In this document: positions 12,853 through 28,421 of the stretch, one piece after another
Layout: every line of letters begins with the position of its first letter
How positions within the stretch are numbered: position 1 is the first letter of the stretch
Origin: Auanema rhodensis
Lineage: Eukaryota > Animalia > Nematoda
NCBI GenBank assembly: GCA_964057225.1
Contig: OZ059900.1
Location: 372,001 to 436,000, forward strand
Reading direction: 5' to 3'
DNA: 64,000 bases
Program-made: the position numbers and the translations under genes
Notes under the pieces: generated by a model
The model's database searches: none
Seen by the model: only the letters and a program-made list of their open reading frames with translations
What the model was told of the DNA's origin: nothing

Positions 12853-15282
12853 GGTCGAAAATAGAAAGAATTTTTGAAATTTCCGAGTTTTGAGTCCAAT
12901 TTGGCTGAATCGCTCATATATATGATCAAAAGCATAGTTTTATTGTCTATAACAACAAAAGTCATCAATTAAACGCTAGTGATGTTTTAATACTGAATTT
13001 CGCTCAAATAGCATTACTACACTAAGTATGGTCGTTTTTATACCTTTAACACCATATACTCACCGATTTTTGGTACAAAATCTGTAATACTCGTAAATTT
13101 TGATCATATTCGTTAAGTTTTGAAAATCAAACACACAATAAACAAAATCAGTCTATTTTTATGAGTTTGCACTGATATATATTCATTTTGATCAAAAAAG
13201 GTCGAAAATAGAAAGAATTTTTGAATTTTCCGAGTTTTGAGTCCAATTGGGCTAAATCGCTCATATATATGATCAAAAGCATAGTTTTATTGTCTATGAC
13301 AACAAAAGTCATTAATTAAACACTAATGATGTTTAAATCACTAAATTTCGCTCAAATAGCATTACTACACTAAGTATGGTCGTTTTTATGCCTTTAACAC
13401 CATATACTCACCGATTTTTGGTACAAAATCTGTAATACTCGTAAATTTTGATCATATTCGTTAAGATTTGAGAATCAAACACACAATACACAAAATCAGT
13501 CTATTTTTATGAGCTTGCACTGATATATATTCATTTTGATCAAAAAAGGTCGAAAATAGAAAGAATTTTTGAAATTTCCGAGTTTTGAGTCCAATTTGGC
13601 TAAATCGCTCATATATATGATCAAAAGCATAGTTTCATTGTCTATAACAACAAAAGTCATCAATTAAACGCTAGTGATGTTTTAATACTGAATTTCGCTC
13701 AAATAGCATTACTACACTAAGTATGGTCGTTTTTATGCCTTTAACACCATATACTCACCGATTTTTGGTACAAAATCTGTAATACTTGTAAATTTTGATC
13801 ATATTCGTTAAGATTTGAGAATCAAACACACAATACACAAAATCAGTCTATTTTTATGAGCTTGCACTGATATATATTCATTTTGATCAAAAAAGGTCGA
13901 AAATAGAAAGAATTTTTGAAATTTCCGAGTTTTGAGTCCAATTTGGCTAAATCGCTCATATATATGATCAAAAGCATAGTTTTATTGTCTATAACAACAA
14001 AAGTCATCAATTAAACGCTAGTGATGTTTAAATACTGAATTTCGATCAATTAGCATTACTACACTAAGTATGGTCGTTTTTATGCCTTTAACACCATATA
14101 CTCACCGATTTTTGGTACAAAATCTGTAATACTCGTAAATTTTGATCATATTCGTTAAGATTTGAGAATCAAACACTCAATACACAAAATCAGTCTATTT
14201 TTATGAGCTTGCACTGATATATATTCATTTTGATCAAAAAAGGTCGAAAATAGAAAGAATTTTTGAAATTTCCGAGTTTTGAGTCTAATTTGGCTAAATC
14301 GCTCATATATATGATCAGAAGCATAGTTTTATTGTCTATGACAACAAAAGTCATCAATTAAACGCTAGTGATGTTTAAATACTGATTTTCGCTCAAATAG
14401 CATTACTACACTAAGTATGGTCGTTTTTATGCCTTTAACACCATATACTCACCGATTTTTGGTACAAAATCTGTAATACTCGTAAATTTTGATCATATTC
14501 GTTAAGATTTGAGAATCAAACATACAATACCCAAAATCAGTCTATTTTTATGAGCTTGCACTGATATATATTCATTTTGATCAAAAAAGGTCGAAAATAG
14601 AAAGAATTTTTGAAATTTCCGAGTTTTGAGTCCAATTTGGCTAAATCGCTCATATATATGATCAAAAGCATAGTTTCATTGTCTATAACAACAAAAGTCA
14701 TCAATTAAACGCTAGTGATGTTTAAATACTGAATTTCGCTCAAATAGCATTACTACACTAAGTATGGTCGTTTTTATGCCTTTAACACCATATACTCACC
14801 GATTTTCGGTACAAAATCTGTAATACTCGTAAATTTTGATCATATTCGTTAAGATTTGAGAATCAAACATACAATACACGAAATCAGTCAATTTTTATAA
14901 GCTTGCACTGATATATATTCATTTTGATCAAAAAAGGTCGAAAATAGAAAGAATTTTTGAAATTTCCGAGTTTTGAGTCTAATTTGGCTAAATCGCTCAT
15001 ATATATGATCAGAAGCATAGTTTTATTGTCTATGACAACAAAAGTCATCAATTAAACGCTAGTGATGTTTAAATACTGAATTTCGCTCAAATAGCATAAC
15101 TACACTAAGTATGGTCGTTTTTATGCCTTTAACACCATATACTCACCGATTTTTGGTACAAAATCTGTAATACTCGTAAATTTTGATCATATTCGTTAAG
15201 ATTTGAGAATCAAACATACAATACACGAAATCAGTCTATTTTTATAAGCTTGCACTGATATATATTCATTTTGATCAAAAAA

Positions 15283-18200
15283 GGTCGAAAATAGAAAGAA
15301 TTTTTGAAATTTCCGAGTTTTGAGTCTAATTTGGCTAAATCGCTCATATATATGATCAGAAGCATAGTTTTATTGTCTATGACAACAAAAGTCATCAATT
15401 AAACGCTAGTGATGTTTAAATACTGATTTTCGCTCAAATAGCATTACTACACTAAGTATGGTTGTTTTTATGCCTTTAACACCATATACTCACCGATTTT
15501 TGGTACAAAATCTGTAATACTCGTAAATTTTGATCATATTCGTTAAGATTTGAGAATCAAACACTCAATACACAAAATCAGTCTATTTTTATGAGCTTGC
15601 ACTGATATATATTCATTTTGATCAAAAAAGGTCGAAAATAGAAAGAATTTTTGAAATTTCCGAGTTTTGAGTCCAATTTGGCTAAATCGCTCATATATAT
15701 GATCAAAAGCATAGTTTTATTGTCTATAACAACAAAAGTCATCAATTAAACGCTAGTGATGTTTAAATACTGAATTTCGCTCAAATAGCATAACTACACT
15801 AAGTATGGTCGTTTTTATGCCTTTAACACCATATACTCACCGATTTTTGGTACAAAATCTGTAATACTCGTAAATTTTGATCATATTCGTTAAGATTTGA
15901 GAATCAAACATACAATACACAAAATCAGTCTATTTTTATGAGCTTGCACTGATATATATTCATTTTGATCAAAAAAGGTCGAAAATAGAAAGAATTTTTG
16001 AAATTTCCGAGTTTTGAGTCCAATTTGGCTAAATCGCTCATATATATGATCAAAAGCATAGTTTTATTGTCTATAACAACAAAAGTCATCAATTAAACGC
16101 TAGTGATGTTTAAATACTGAATTTCGCTCAAATAGCATTACTACACTAAGTATGGTCGTTTTTATGCCTTTAACACCATATACTCACCGATTTTTGGTAC
16201 AAAATCTGTAATACTCGTAAATTTTGATCATATTCGTTAAGATTTGAGAATCAAACATACAATACACGAAATCAGTCAATTTTTATAAGCTTGCACTGAT
16301 ATATATTCATTTTGATCAAAAAAGGTCGAAAATAGAAAGAATTTTTGAAATTTCCGAGTTTTGAGTCTAATTTGGCTAAATCGCTCATATATATGATCAG
16401 AAGCATAGTTTTATTGTCTATGACAACAAAAGTCATCAATTAAACGCTAGTGATGTTTTAATACTGAATTTCGCTCAAATAGCATTACTACACTAAGTAT
16501 GGTCGTTTTTATGCCTTTAACACCATATACTCACCGATTTTTGGTACAAAATCTGTAATACTTGTAAATTTTGATCATATTTGTTAAGATTTGAGAATCA
16601 AACACACAATACACAAAATCAGTCTATTTTTATGAGTTTGCACTGATATATATTCATTTTGATCAAAAAAGGTCGAAAATAGAAAGAATTTTGGAAATGT
16701 CCGAGTTTTGAGTCCAATTTGGCTAAATCGCTCATATATATGATCAAAAGCATAGTTTTATTGTCTATAACAACAAAAGTCATCAATTAAACGCTAGTGA
16801 TGTTTAAATACTGAATTTCGCTCAAATAGCATAACTACACTAAGTATGGTCGTTTTTATGCCTTTAACACCATATACTCACCGATTTTTGGTACAAAATC
16901 TGTAATACTCGTAAATTTTGATCATATTCGTTAAGATTTGAGAATCAAACATACAATACACGAAATCAGTCTATTTTTATAAGCTTGCACTGATATATAT
17001 TCATTTTGATCAAAAAAGGTCGAAAATAGAAAGAATTTTTGAAATTTCCGAGTTTTGAGTCTAATTTGGCTAAATCGCTCATATATATGATCAGAAGCAT
17101 AGTTTTATTGTCTATGACAACAAAAGTCATCAATTAAACGCTAGTGATGTTTAAATACTGATTTTCGCTCAAATAGCATTACTACACTAAGTATGGTTGT
17201 TTTTATGCCTTTAACACCATATACTCACCGATTTTTGGTACAAAATCTGTAATACTCGTAAATTTTGATCATATTCGTTAAGATTTGAGAATCAAACACT
17301 CAATACACAAAATCAGTCTATTTTTATGAGCTTGCACTGATATATATTCATTTTGATCAAAAAAGGTCGAAAATAGAAAGAATTTTTGAAATTTCCGAGT
17401 TTTGAGTCCAATTTGGCTAAATCGCTCATATATATGATCAAAAGCATAGTTTTATTGTCTATAACAACAAAAGTCATCAATTAAACGCTAGTGATGTTTA
17501 AATACTGAGTTTCGCTCAAATAGCATAACTACACTAAGTATGGTCGTTTTTATGCCTTTAACACCATATACTCACCGATTTTTGGTACAAAATCTGTAAT
17601 ACTCGTAAATTTTGATCATATTCGTTAAGATTTGAGAATCAAACATACAATACACAAAATCAGTCTATTTTTATGAGCTTGCACTGATATATATTCATTT
17701 TGATCAAAAAAGGTCGAAAATAGAAAGAATTTTTGAAATTTCCGAGTTTTGAGTCCAATTTGGCTAAATCGCTCATATATATGATCAAAAGCATAGTTTT
17801 ATTGTCTATAACAACAAAAGTCATCAATTAAACGCTAGTGATGTTTAAATACTGAATTTCGCTCAAATAGCATTACTACACTAAGTATGGTCGTTTTTAT
17901 GCCTTTAACACCATATACTCACCGATTTTTGGTACAAAATCTGTAATACTCGTAAATTTTGATCATATTCGTTAAGATTTGAGAATCAAACATACAATAC
18001 ACGAAATCAGTCAATTTTTATAAGCTTGCACTGATATATATTCATTTTGATCAAAAAAGGTCGAAAATAGAAAGAATTTTTGAAATTTCCGAGTTTTGAG
18101 TCTAATTTGGCTAAATCGCTCATATATATGATCAGAAGCATAGTTTTATTGTCTATGACAACAAAAGTCATCAATTAAACGCTAGTGATGTTTTAATACT

Positions 18201-18752
18201 GAGTTTCGCTCAAATAGCATTACTACACTAAGTATGGTCGTTTTTATGCCTTTAACACCATATACTCACCGATTTTTGGTACAAAATCTGTAATACTTGT
18301 AAATTTTGATCATATTTGTTAAGATTTGAGAATCAAACACACAATACACAAAATCAGTCTATTTTTATGAGTTTGCACTGATATATATTCATTTTGATCA
18401 AAAAAGGTCGAAAATAGAAAGAATTTTGGAAATGTCCGAGTTTTGAGTCCAATTTGGCTAAATCGCTCATATATATGATCAAAAGCATAGTTTTATTGTC
18501 TATAACAACAAAAGTCATCAATTAAACGCTAGTGATGTTTAAATACTGAATTTCGCTCAAATAGCATAACTACACTAAGTATGGTCGTTTTTATGCCTTT
18601 AACACCATATACTCACCGATTTTTGGTACAAAATCTGTAATACTCGTAAATTTTGATCATATTCGTTAAGATTTGAGAATCAAACATACAATACACGAAA
18701 TCAGTCAATTTTTATAAGCTTGCACTGATATATATTCATTTTGATCAAAAAA
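15283..18752 (+). repeat. Same 5-mer higher-order repeat (1735 bp), ~2 further copies
   Basis: ATGTCC at 16697 and 18432 (1735 apart). The TGGTTG / CACTCAA / GTCAATT order matches 9.0-12.8 kb. Confidence 0.88.
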
Positions 18753-21528
18753 GGTCGAAAATAGAAAGAATTTTGGAAATGTCCGAGTTTTGAGTCCAAT
18801 TTGGCTAAATCGCTCATATATATGATCAAAAGCATAGTTTTATTGTCTATAACAACAAAAGTCATCAATTAAACGCTAGTGATGTTTTAATACTGAATTT
18901 CGCTCAAATAGCATTACTACACTAAGTATGGTCGTTTTTATGCCTTTAACACCATATACTCACCGATTTTTGGTACAAAATCTGTAATACTTGTAAATTT
19001 TGATCATATTTGTTAAGATTTGAGAATCAAACACACAATACACAAAATCTGTCTATTTTAATGAGTTTGCACTGATATATATTCATTTTGATCAAAAAAG
19101 GTCGAAAATAGAAAGAATTTTTGAAATTTCCGAGTTTTGAGTCTAATTTGGCTAAATCGCTCATATATATGATCAGAAGCATAGTTTTGTTGTCTATGAC
19201 AACAAAAGTCATCAATTAAACGCTAGTGATGTTTAAATACTGATTTTCGCTCAAATAGCATTACTACACTAAGTATGGTCGTTTTTATGCCTTTAACACC
19301 ATATACTCACCGATTTTTGGTACAAAATCTGTAATACTCGTAAATTTTGATCATATTCGTTAAGATTTGAGAATCAAACACACAATACACAAAATCAGTC
19401 TATTTTTATGAGCTTGCACTGATATATATTCATTTTGATCAAAAAAGGTCGAAAATAGAAAGAATTTTTGAAATTTCCGAGTTTTGAGTCCAATTTGGCT
19501 AAATCGCTCATATATATGATCAAAAGCATAGTTTTATTGTCTATAACAACAAAAGTCATCAATTAAACGCTAGTGATGTTTAAATACTGAATTTCGATCA
19601 AATAGCATTACTACACCAAGTATGGTCGTTTTTATGCCTTTAACACCATATACTCACCGATTTTTGGTACAAAATCTGTAATACTCGTAAATTTTGATCA
19701 TATTCGTTAAGATTTGAGAATCAAACATACAATACACGAAATCAGTCTATTTTTATGAGCTTGCACTGATATATATTCATTTTGATCAAAAAAGGTCGAA
19801 AATAGAAAGAATTTTTGAAATTTCCGAGTTTTGAGTCTAATTTGGCTAAATCGCTCATATATATGATCAGAAGCATAGTTTTATTGTCTATGACAACAAA
19901 AGTCATCAATTAAACGCTAGTGATGTTTTAATACTGAATTTCGCTCAAATAGCATTACTACACTAAGTATGGTCGTTTTTATGCCTTTAACACCATATAC
20001 TCACCGATTTTTGGTACAAAATCTGTAATACTCGTAAATTTTGATCATATTCGTTAAGATTTGAGAATCAAACATACAATACACGAAATCAGTCAATTTT
20101 TATAAGCTTGCACTGATATATATTCATTTTGATCAAAAAAGGTCGAAAATAGAAAGAATTTTGGAAATGTCCGAGTTTTGAGTCCAATTTGGCTAAATCG
20201 CTCATATATATGATCAAAAGCATAGTTTTATTGTCTATAACAACAAAAGTCATCAATCAAACGCTAGTGATGTTTTAATACTGAATTTCGCTCAAATAGC
20301 ATTACTACACTAAGTATGGTCGTTTTTATGCCTTTAACACCATATACTCACCGATTTTTGGTACAAAATCTGTAATACTTGTAAATTTTGATCATATTTG
20401 TTAAGATTTGAGAATCAAACACACAATACACAAAATCAGTCTATTTTAATGAGTTTGCACTGATATATATTCATTTTGATCAAAAAAGGTCGAAAATAGA
20501 AAGAATTTTTTAAATTTCCGAGTTTTGAGTCTAATTTGGCTAAATCGCTCATATATATGATCAGAAGCATAGTTTTGTTGTCTATGACAACAAAAGTCAT
20601 CAATTAAACGCTAGTGATGTTTAAATACTGATTTTCGCTCAAATAGCATTACTACACTAAGTATGGTCGTTTTTATGCCTTTAACACCATATACTCACCG
20701 ATTTTTGGTACAAAATCTGTAATACTCGTAAATTTTGATCATATTCGTTAAGATTTGAGAATCAAACACACAATACACAAAATCAGTCTATTTTTATGAG
20801 CTTGCACTGATATATATTCATTTTGATCAAAAAAGGTCGAAAATAGAAAGAATTTTTGAAATTTCCGAGTTTTGAGTCCAATTTGGCTAAATCGCTCATA
20901 TATATGATCAAAAGCATAGTTTTATTGTCTATAACAACAAAAGTCATCAATTAAACGCTAGTGATGTTTAAATACTGAATTTCGATCAAATAGCATTACT
21001 ACACTAAGTATGGTCGTTTTTATGCCTTTAACACCATATACTCACCGATTTTTGGTACAAAATCTGTAATACTCGTAAATTTTGATCATATTCGTTAAGA
21101 TTTGAGAATCAAACATACAATACACGAAATCAGTATATTTTTATGAGCTTGCACTGATATATATTCATTTTGATCAAAAAAGGTCGAAAATAGAAAGAAT
21201 TTTTGAAATTTCCGAGTTTTGAGTCTAATTTGGCTAAATCGCTCATATATATGATCAGAAGCATAGTTTTATTGTCTATGACAACAAAAGTCATCAATTA
21301 AACGCTAGTGATGTTTAAATACTGATTTTCGCTCAAATAGCATTACTACACTAAGTATGGTCGTTTTTATGCCTTTAACACCATATACTCACCGATTTTT
21401 GGTACAAAATCTGTAATACTCGTAAATTTTGATCATATTCGTTAAGATTTGAGAATCAAACACACAATACACAAAATCAGTCTATTTTTATGAGCTTGCA
21501 CTGATATATATTCATTTTGATCAAAAAA
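18753..21528 (+). repeat. 4-mer duplication (1388 bp x2)
   Basis: GGAAATGTCC monomers start at 18753 and 20141. The TTCGATCAAA variant (G) is at 19596 and 20984. TTTTAATGAGTTT and TTTTGTTG occur in both copies. Confidence 0.85.
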
Positions 21529-24500
21529 GGTCGAAAATAGAAAGAATTTTTGAAATTTCCGAGTTTTGAGTCCAATTTGGCTAAATCGCTCATATATATG
21601 ATCAAAAGCATAGTTTTATTGTCTATAACAACAAAAGTCATCAATTAAACGCTAGTGATGTTTAAATACTGAATTTCGCTCAAATAGCATTACTACACTA
21701 AGTATGGTCGTTTTTATGCCTTTAACACCATATACTCACCGATTTTTGGTACAAAATCTGTAATACTCGTAAATTTTGATCATATTCGTTAAGATTTGAG
21801 AATCAAACATACAATACACGAAATCAGTCAATTTTTATAAGCTTGCACTGATATATATTCATTTTGATCAAAAAAGGTCGAAAATAGAAAGAATTTTTGA
21901 AATTTCCGAGTTTTGAGTCTAATTTGGCTAAATCGCTCATATATATGATCAGAAGCATAGTTTTATTGTCTATGACAACAAAAGTCATCAATTAAACGCT
22001 AGTGATGTTTTAATACTGAATTTCGCTCAAATAGCATTACTACACTAAGTATGGTCGTTTTTATGCCTTTAACACCATATACTCACCGATTTTTGGTACA
22101 AAATCTGTAATACTTGTAAATTTTGATCATATTTGTTAAGATTTGAGAATCAAACACACAATACACAAAATCAGTCTATTTTTATGAGTTTGCACTGATA
22201 TATATTCATTTTGATCAAAAAAGGTCGAAAATAGAAAGAATTTTTGAAATTTCCGAGTTTTGAGTCTAATTTGGCTAAATCGCTCATATATATGATCAGA
22301 AGCATAGTTTTATTGTCTATGACAACAAAAGTCATCAATTAAACGCTAGTGATGTTTAAATACTGATTTTCGCTCAAATAGCATTACTACACTAAGTATG
22401 GTTGTTTTTATGCCTTTAACACCATATACTCACCGATTTTTGGTACAAAATCTGTAATACTCGTAAATTGTGATCATATTCGTTAAGATTTGAGAATCAA
22501 ACACTCAATACACAAAATCAGTCTATTTTTATGAGCTTGCACTGATATATATTCATTTTGATCAAAAAAGGTCGAAAATAGAAAGAATTTTTGAAATTTC
22601 CGAGTTTTGAGTCCAATTTGGCTAAATCGCTCATATATATGATCAAAAGCATAGTTTTATTGTCTATAACAACAAAAGTCATCAATTAAACGCTAGTGAT
22701 GTTTAAATACTGAATTTCGCTCAAATAGCATAACTACACTAAGTATGGTCGTTTTTATGCCTTTAACACCATATACTCACCGATTTTTGGTACAAAATCT
22801 GTAATACTTGTAAATTTTGATCATATTTGTTAAGATTTGAGAATCAAACACACAATACACAAAATCAGTCTATTTTTATGAGTTTGCACTGATATATATT
22901 CATTTTGATCAAAAAAGGTCGAAAATAGAAAGAATTTTGGAAATGTCCGAGTTTTGAGTCCAATTTGGCTAAATCGCTCATATATATGATCAAAAGCATA
23001 GTTTTATTGTCTATAACAACAAAAGTCATTAATTAAACGCTAGTGATGTTTAAATACTGAATTTCGCTCAAATAGCATAACTACACTAAGTATGGTCGTT
23101 TTTATGCCTTTAACACCATATACTCACCGATTTTTGGTACAAAATCTGTAATACTCGTAAATTTTGATCATATTCGTTAAGATTTGAGAATCAAACATAC
23201 AATACACGAAATCAGTCTATTTTTATAAGCTTGCACTGATATATATTCATTTTGATCAAAAAAGGTCGAAAATAGAAAGAATTTTTGAAATTTCCGAGTT
23301 TTGAGTCTAATTTGGCTAAATCGCTCATATATATGATCAGAAGCATAGTTTTATTGTCTATGACAACAAAAGTCATCAATTAAACGCTAGTGATGTTTAA
23401 ATACTGATTTTCGCTCAAATAGCATTACTACACTAAGTATGGTTGTTTTTATGCCTTTAACACCATATACTCACCGATTTTTGGTACAAAATCTGTAATA
23501 CTCGTAAATTTTGATCATATTCGTTAAGATTTGTGAATCAAACACTCAATACACAAAATCAGTCTATTTTTATGAGCTTGCACTGATATATATTCATTTT
23601 GATCAAAAAAGGTCGAAAATAGAAAGAATTTTTGAAATTTCCGAGTTTTGAGTCCAATTTGGCTAAATCGCTCATATATATGATCAAAAGCATAGTTTTA
23701 TTGTCTATAACAACAAAAGTCATCAATTAAACGCTAGTGATGTTTAAATACTGAATTTCGCTCAAATAGCATAACTACACTAAGTATGGTCGTTTTTATG
23801 CCTTTAACACCATATACTCACCGATTTTTGGTACAAAATCTGTAATACTCGTAAATTTTGATCATATTCGTTAAGATTTGAGAATCAAACATACAATACA
23901 CAAAATCAGTCTATTTTTATGAGCTTGCACTGATATATATTCATTTTGATCAAAAAAGGTCGAAAATAGAAAGAATTTTTGAAATTTCCGAGTTTTGAGT
24001 CCAATTTGGCTAAATCGCTCATATATATGATCAAAAGCATAGTTTTATTGTCTATAACAACAAAAGTCATCAATTAAACGCTAGTGATGTTTAAATACTG
24101 AATTTCGCTCAAATAGCATAACTACACTAAGTATGGTCGTTTTTATGCCTTTAACACCATATACTCACCGATTTTTGGTACAAAATCTGTAATACTCGTA
24201 AATTTTGATCATATTCGTTAAGATTTGAGAATCAAACACACAATACACAAAATCAGTCTATTTTAATGAGCTTGCACTGATATATATTCATTTTGATCAA
24301 AAAAGGTCGAAAATAGAAAGAATTTTTGAAATTTCCGAGTTTTGAGTCCAATTTGGCTGAATCGCTCATATATATGATCAAAAGCATAGTTTTATTGTCT
24401 ATAACAACAAAAGTCATCAATTAAACGCTAGTGATGTTTTAATACTGAATTTCGCTCAAATAGCATTACTACACTAAGTATGGTCGTTTTTATGCCTTTA

Positions 24501-26758
24501 ACACCATATACTCACCGATTTTTGGTACAAAATCTGTAATACTCGTAAATTTTGATCATATTCGTTAAGATTTGAGAATCAAACACTCAATACACAAAAT
24601 CAGTCTATTTTTATGAGCTTGCACTGATATATATTCATTTTGATCAAAAAAGGTCGAAAATAGAAAGAATTTTTGAAATTTCCGAGTTTTGAGTCCAATT
24701 TGGCTAAATCGCTCATATATATGATCAAAAGCATAGTTTTATTGTCTATAACAACAAAAGTCATCAATTAAACGCTAGTGATGTTTAAATACTGAATTTC
24801 GCTCAAATAGCATAACTACACTAAGTATGGTCGTTTTTATGCCTTTAACACCATATACTCACCGATTTTTGGTACAAAATCTGTAATACTCGTAAATTTT
24901 GATCATATTCGTTAAGATTTGAGAATCAAACATACAATACACAAAATCAGTCTATTTTTATGAGCTTGCACTGGTATATATTCATTTTGATCAAAAAAGG
25001 TCGAAAATAGAAAGAATTTTTGAAATTTCCGAGTTTTGAGTCTAATTTGGCTAAATCGCTCATATATATGATCAGAAGCATAGTTTTATTGTCTATGACA
25101 ACAAAAGTCATCAATTAAACGCTAGTGATGTTTAAATACTGATTTTCGCTCAAATAGCATTACTACACTAAGTATGGTCGTTTTTATGCCTTTAACACCA
25201 TATACTCACCGATTTTTGGTACAAAATCTGTAATACTCGTAAATTTTGATCATATTCGTTAAGATTTGAGAATCAAACACTCAATACACAAAATCAGTCT
25301 ATTTTTATGAGCTTGCACTGATATATATTCATTTTGATCAAAAAAGGTCGAAAATAGAAAGAATTTTTGAAATTTCCGAGTTTTGAGTCCAATTTGGCTA
25401 AATCGCTCATATATATGATCAAAAGCATAGTTTTATTGTCTATAACAACAAAAGTCATCAATTAAACGCTAGTGATGTTTAAATACTGAATTTCGCTCAA
25501 ATAGCATAACTACACTAAGTATGGTCGTTTTTATGCCTTTAACACCATATACTCACCGATTTTTGGTACAAAATCTGTAATACTCGTAAATTTTGATCAT
25601 ATTCGTTAAGATTTGAGAATCAAACACACAATACACAAAATCAGTCTATTTTAATGAGCTTGCACTAATATATATTCATTTTGATCAAAAAAGGTCGAAA
25701 ATAGAAAGAATTTTTGAAATTTCCGAGTTTTGAGTCCAATTTGGCTGAATCGCTCATATATATGATCAAAAGCATAGTTTTATTGTCTATAACAACAAAA
25801 GTCATCAATTAAACGCTAGTGATGTTTTAATACTGAATTTCGCTCAAATAGCATTACTACACTAAGTATGGTCGTTTTTATGCCTTTAACACCATATACT
25901 CACCGATTTTTGGTACAAAATCTGTAATACTCGTAAATTTTGATCATATTCGTTAAGATTTGAGAATCAAACACACAATACACAAAATCAGTCTATTTTT
26001 ATGAGCTTGCACTGATATATATTCATTTTGATCAAAAAAGGTCGAAAATAGAAAGAATTTTTGAATTTTCCGAGTTTTGAGTCCAATTGGGCTAAATCGC
26101 TCATATATATGATCAAAAGCATAGTTTTATTGTCTATGACAACAAAAGTCATTAATTAAACACTAATGATGTTTAAATCACTAAATTTCGCTCAAATAGC
26201 ATTACTACACTAAGTATGGTCGTTTTTATGCCTTTAACACCATATACTCACCGATTTTTGGTACAAAATCTGTAATACTCGTAAATTTTGATCATATTCG
26301 TTAAGATTTGAGAATCAAACACACAATACCCAAAATCAGTCTATTTTTATGAGCTTGCACTGATATATATTCATTTTGATCAAAAAAGGTCGAAAATAGA
26401 AAGAATTTTTGAAATTTCCGAGTTTTGAGTCCAATTTGGCTAAATCGCTCATATATATGATCAAAAGCTGAATTTCGCTCAAATAGCATAACTACACTAA
26501 GTATGGTCGTTTTTATGCCTTTAACACCATATACTCACCGATTTTTGGTACAAAATCTGTAATACTCGTAAATTTTGATCATATTCGTTAAGATTTGAGA
26601 ATCAAACACACAATACACAAAATCAGTCTATTTTAATGAGCTTGCACTAATATATATTCATTTTGATCAAAAAAGGTCGAAAATAGAAAGAATTTTTGAA
26701 ATTTCCGAGTTTTGAGTCCAATTTGGCTGAATCGCTCATATATATGATCAAAAGCATA

Positions 26759-27544
26759 GTTTTATTGTGATGTTTTAATACTGAATTTCGCTCAAATAGC
26801 ATAACTACACTAAGTATGGTCGTTTTTATGCCTTTAACACTATATACTCACCGATTTTTGGTACAAAATCTGTAATACTCGTAAATTTTGATCATATTCG
26901 TTAAGATTTGAGAATCAAACACACAATACCCAAAATCAGTCTATTTTTATGAGCTTGCACTGATATATATTCATTTTGATCAAAAAAGGTCGAAAATAGA
27001 AAGAATTTTTGAAATTTCCGAGTTTTGAGTCCAATTTGGCTAAATCGCTCATATATATGATCAAAAGCATAGTTTCATTGTCTATAACAACAAAAGTCAT
27101 CAATTAAACGCTAGTGATGTTTTAATACTGAATTTCGCTCAAATAGCATAAGTTTTATTGTGATGTTTTAATACTGAATTTCGCTCAAATAGCATAACTA
27201 CACTAAGTATGGTCGTTTTTATGCCTTTAACACTATATACTCACCGATTTTTGGTACAAAATCTGTAATACTCGTAAATTTTGATCATATTCGTTAAGAT
27301 TTGAGAATCAAACACACAATACCCAAAATCAGTCTATTTTTATGAGCTTGCACTGATATATATTCATTTTGATCAAAAAAGGTCGAAAATAGAAAGAATT
27401 TTTGAAATTTCCGAGTTTTGAGTCCAATTTGGCTAAATCGCTCATATATATGATCAAAAGCATAGTTTCATTGTCTATAACAACAAAAGTCATCAATTAA
27501 ACGCTAGTGATGTTTTAATACTGAATTTCGCTCAAATAGCATAA
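26759..27544 (+). repeat. Out-of-register 393-bp tandem duplication including a 34-bp-deleted monomer segment
   Basis: The deletion junction GTTTTATTGTGATGTTTT occurs at 26759 and 27152. Both copies carry CACTATATAC, ATACCCAAAA and GTTTCATTG. Anchor spacing 26988 to 27381 is 393. Confidence 0.92.
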
Positions 27545-28421
27545 CTACACTAAGTATGGTCGTTTTTATGCCTTTAACACCATATACTCACCGATTTTTG
27601 GTACAAAATCTGTAATACTCGTAAATTTTGATCATATTCGTTAAGATTTGAGAATCAAACATACAATACACAAAATCAGTCTATTTTTATGAGCTTGCAC
27701 TGATATATATTCATTTTGATCAAAAAAGGTCGAAAATAGAAAGAATTTTTGAAATTTCCGAGTTTTGAGTCTAATTTGGCTAAATCGCTCATATATATGA
27801 TCAGAAGCATAGTTTTATTGTCTATGACAACAAAAGTCATCAATTAAACGCTAGTGATGTTTAAATACTGATTTTCGCTCAAATAGCATTACTACACTAA
27901 GTATGGTCGTTTTTATGCCTTTAACACCATATACTCACCGATTTTTGGTACAAAATCTGTAATACTCGTAAATTTTGATCATATTCGTTAAGATTTGAGA
28001 ATCAAACACTCAATACACAAAATCAGTCTATTTTTATGAGCTTGCACTGATATATATTCATTTTGATCAAAAAAGGTCGAAAATAGAAAGAATTTTTGAA
28101 ATTTCCGAGTTTTGAGTCCAATTTGGCTAAATCGCTCATATATATGATCAAAAGCATAGTTTTATTGTCTATAACAACAAAAGTCATCAATTAAACGCTA
28201 GTGATGTTTAAATACTGAATTTCGCTCAAATAGCATAACTACACTAAGTATGGTCGTTTTTATGCCTTTAACACCATATACTCACCGATTTTTGGTACAA
28301 AATCTGTAATACTCGTAAATTTTGATCATATTCGTTAAGATTTGAGAATCAAACACACAATACACAAAATCAGTCTATTTTTATGAGCTTGCACTGATAT
28401 ATATTCATTTTGATCAAAAAA

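Noticed and set aside
19027-19215. 62-aa minus-strand ORF
   Set aside because: Same satellite frame, lengthened by a private SNP (AATCAG to AATCTG) that removes a stop codon.
26301-26489. 62-aa minus-strand ORF
   Set aside because: Created by the 60-bp deletion in one monomer.
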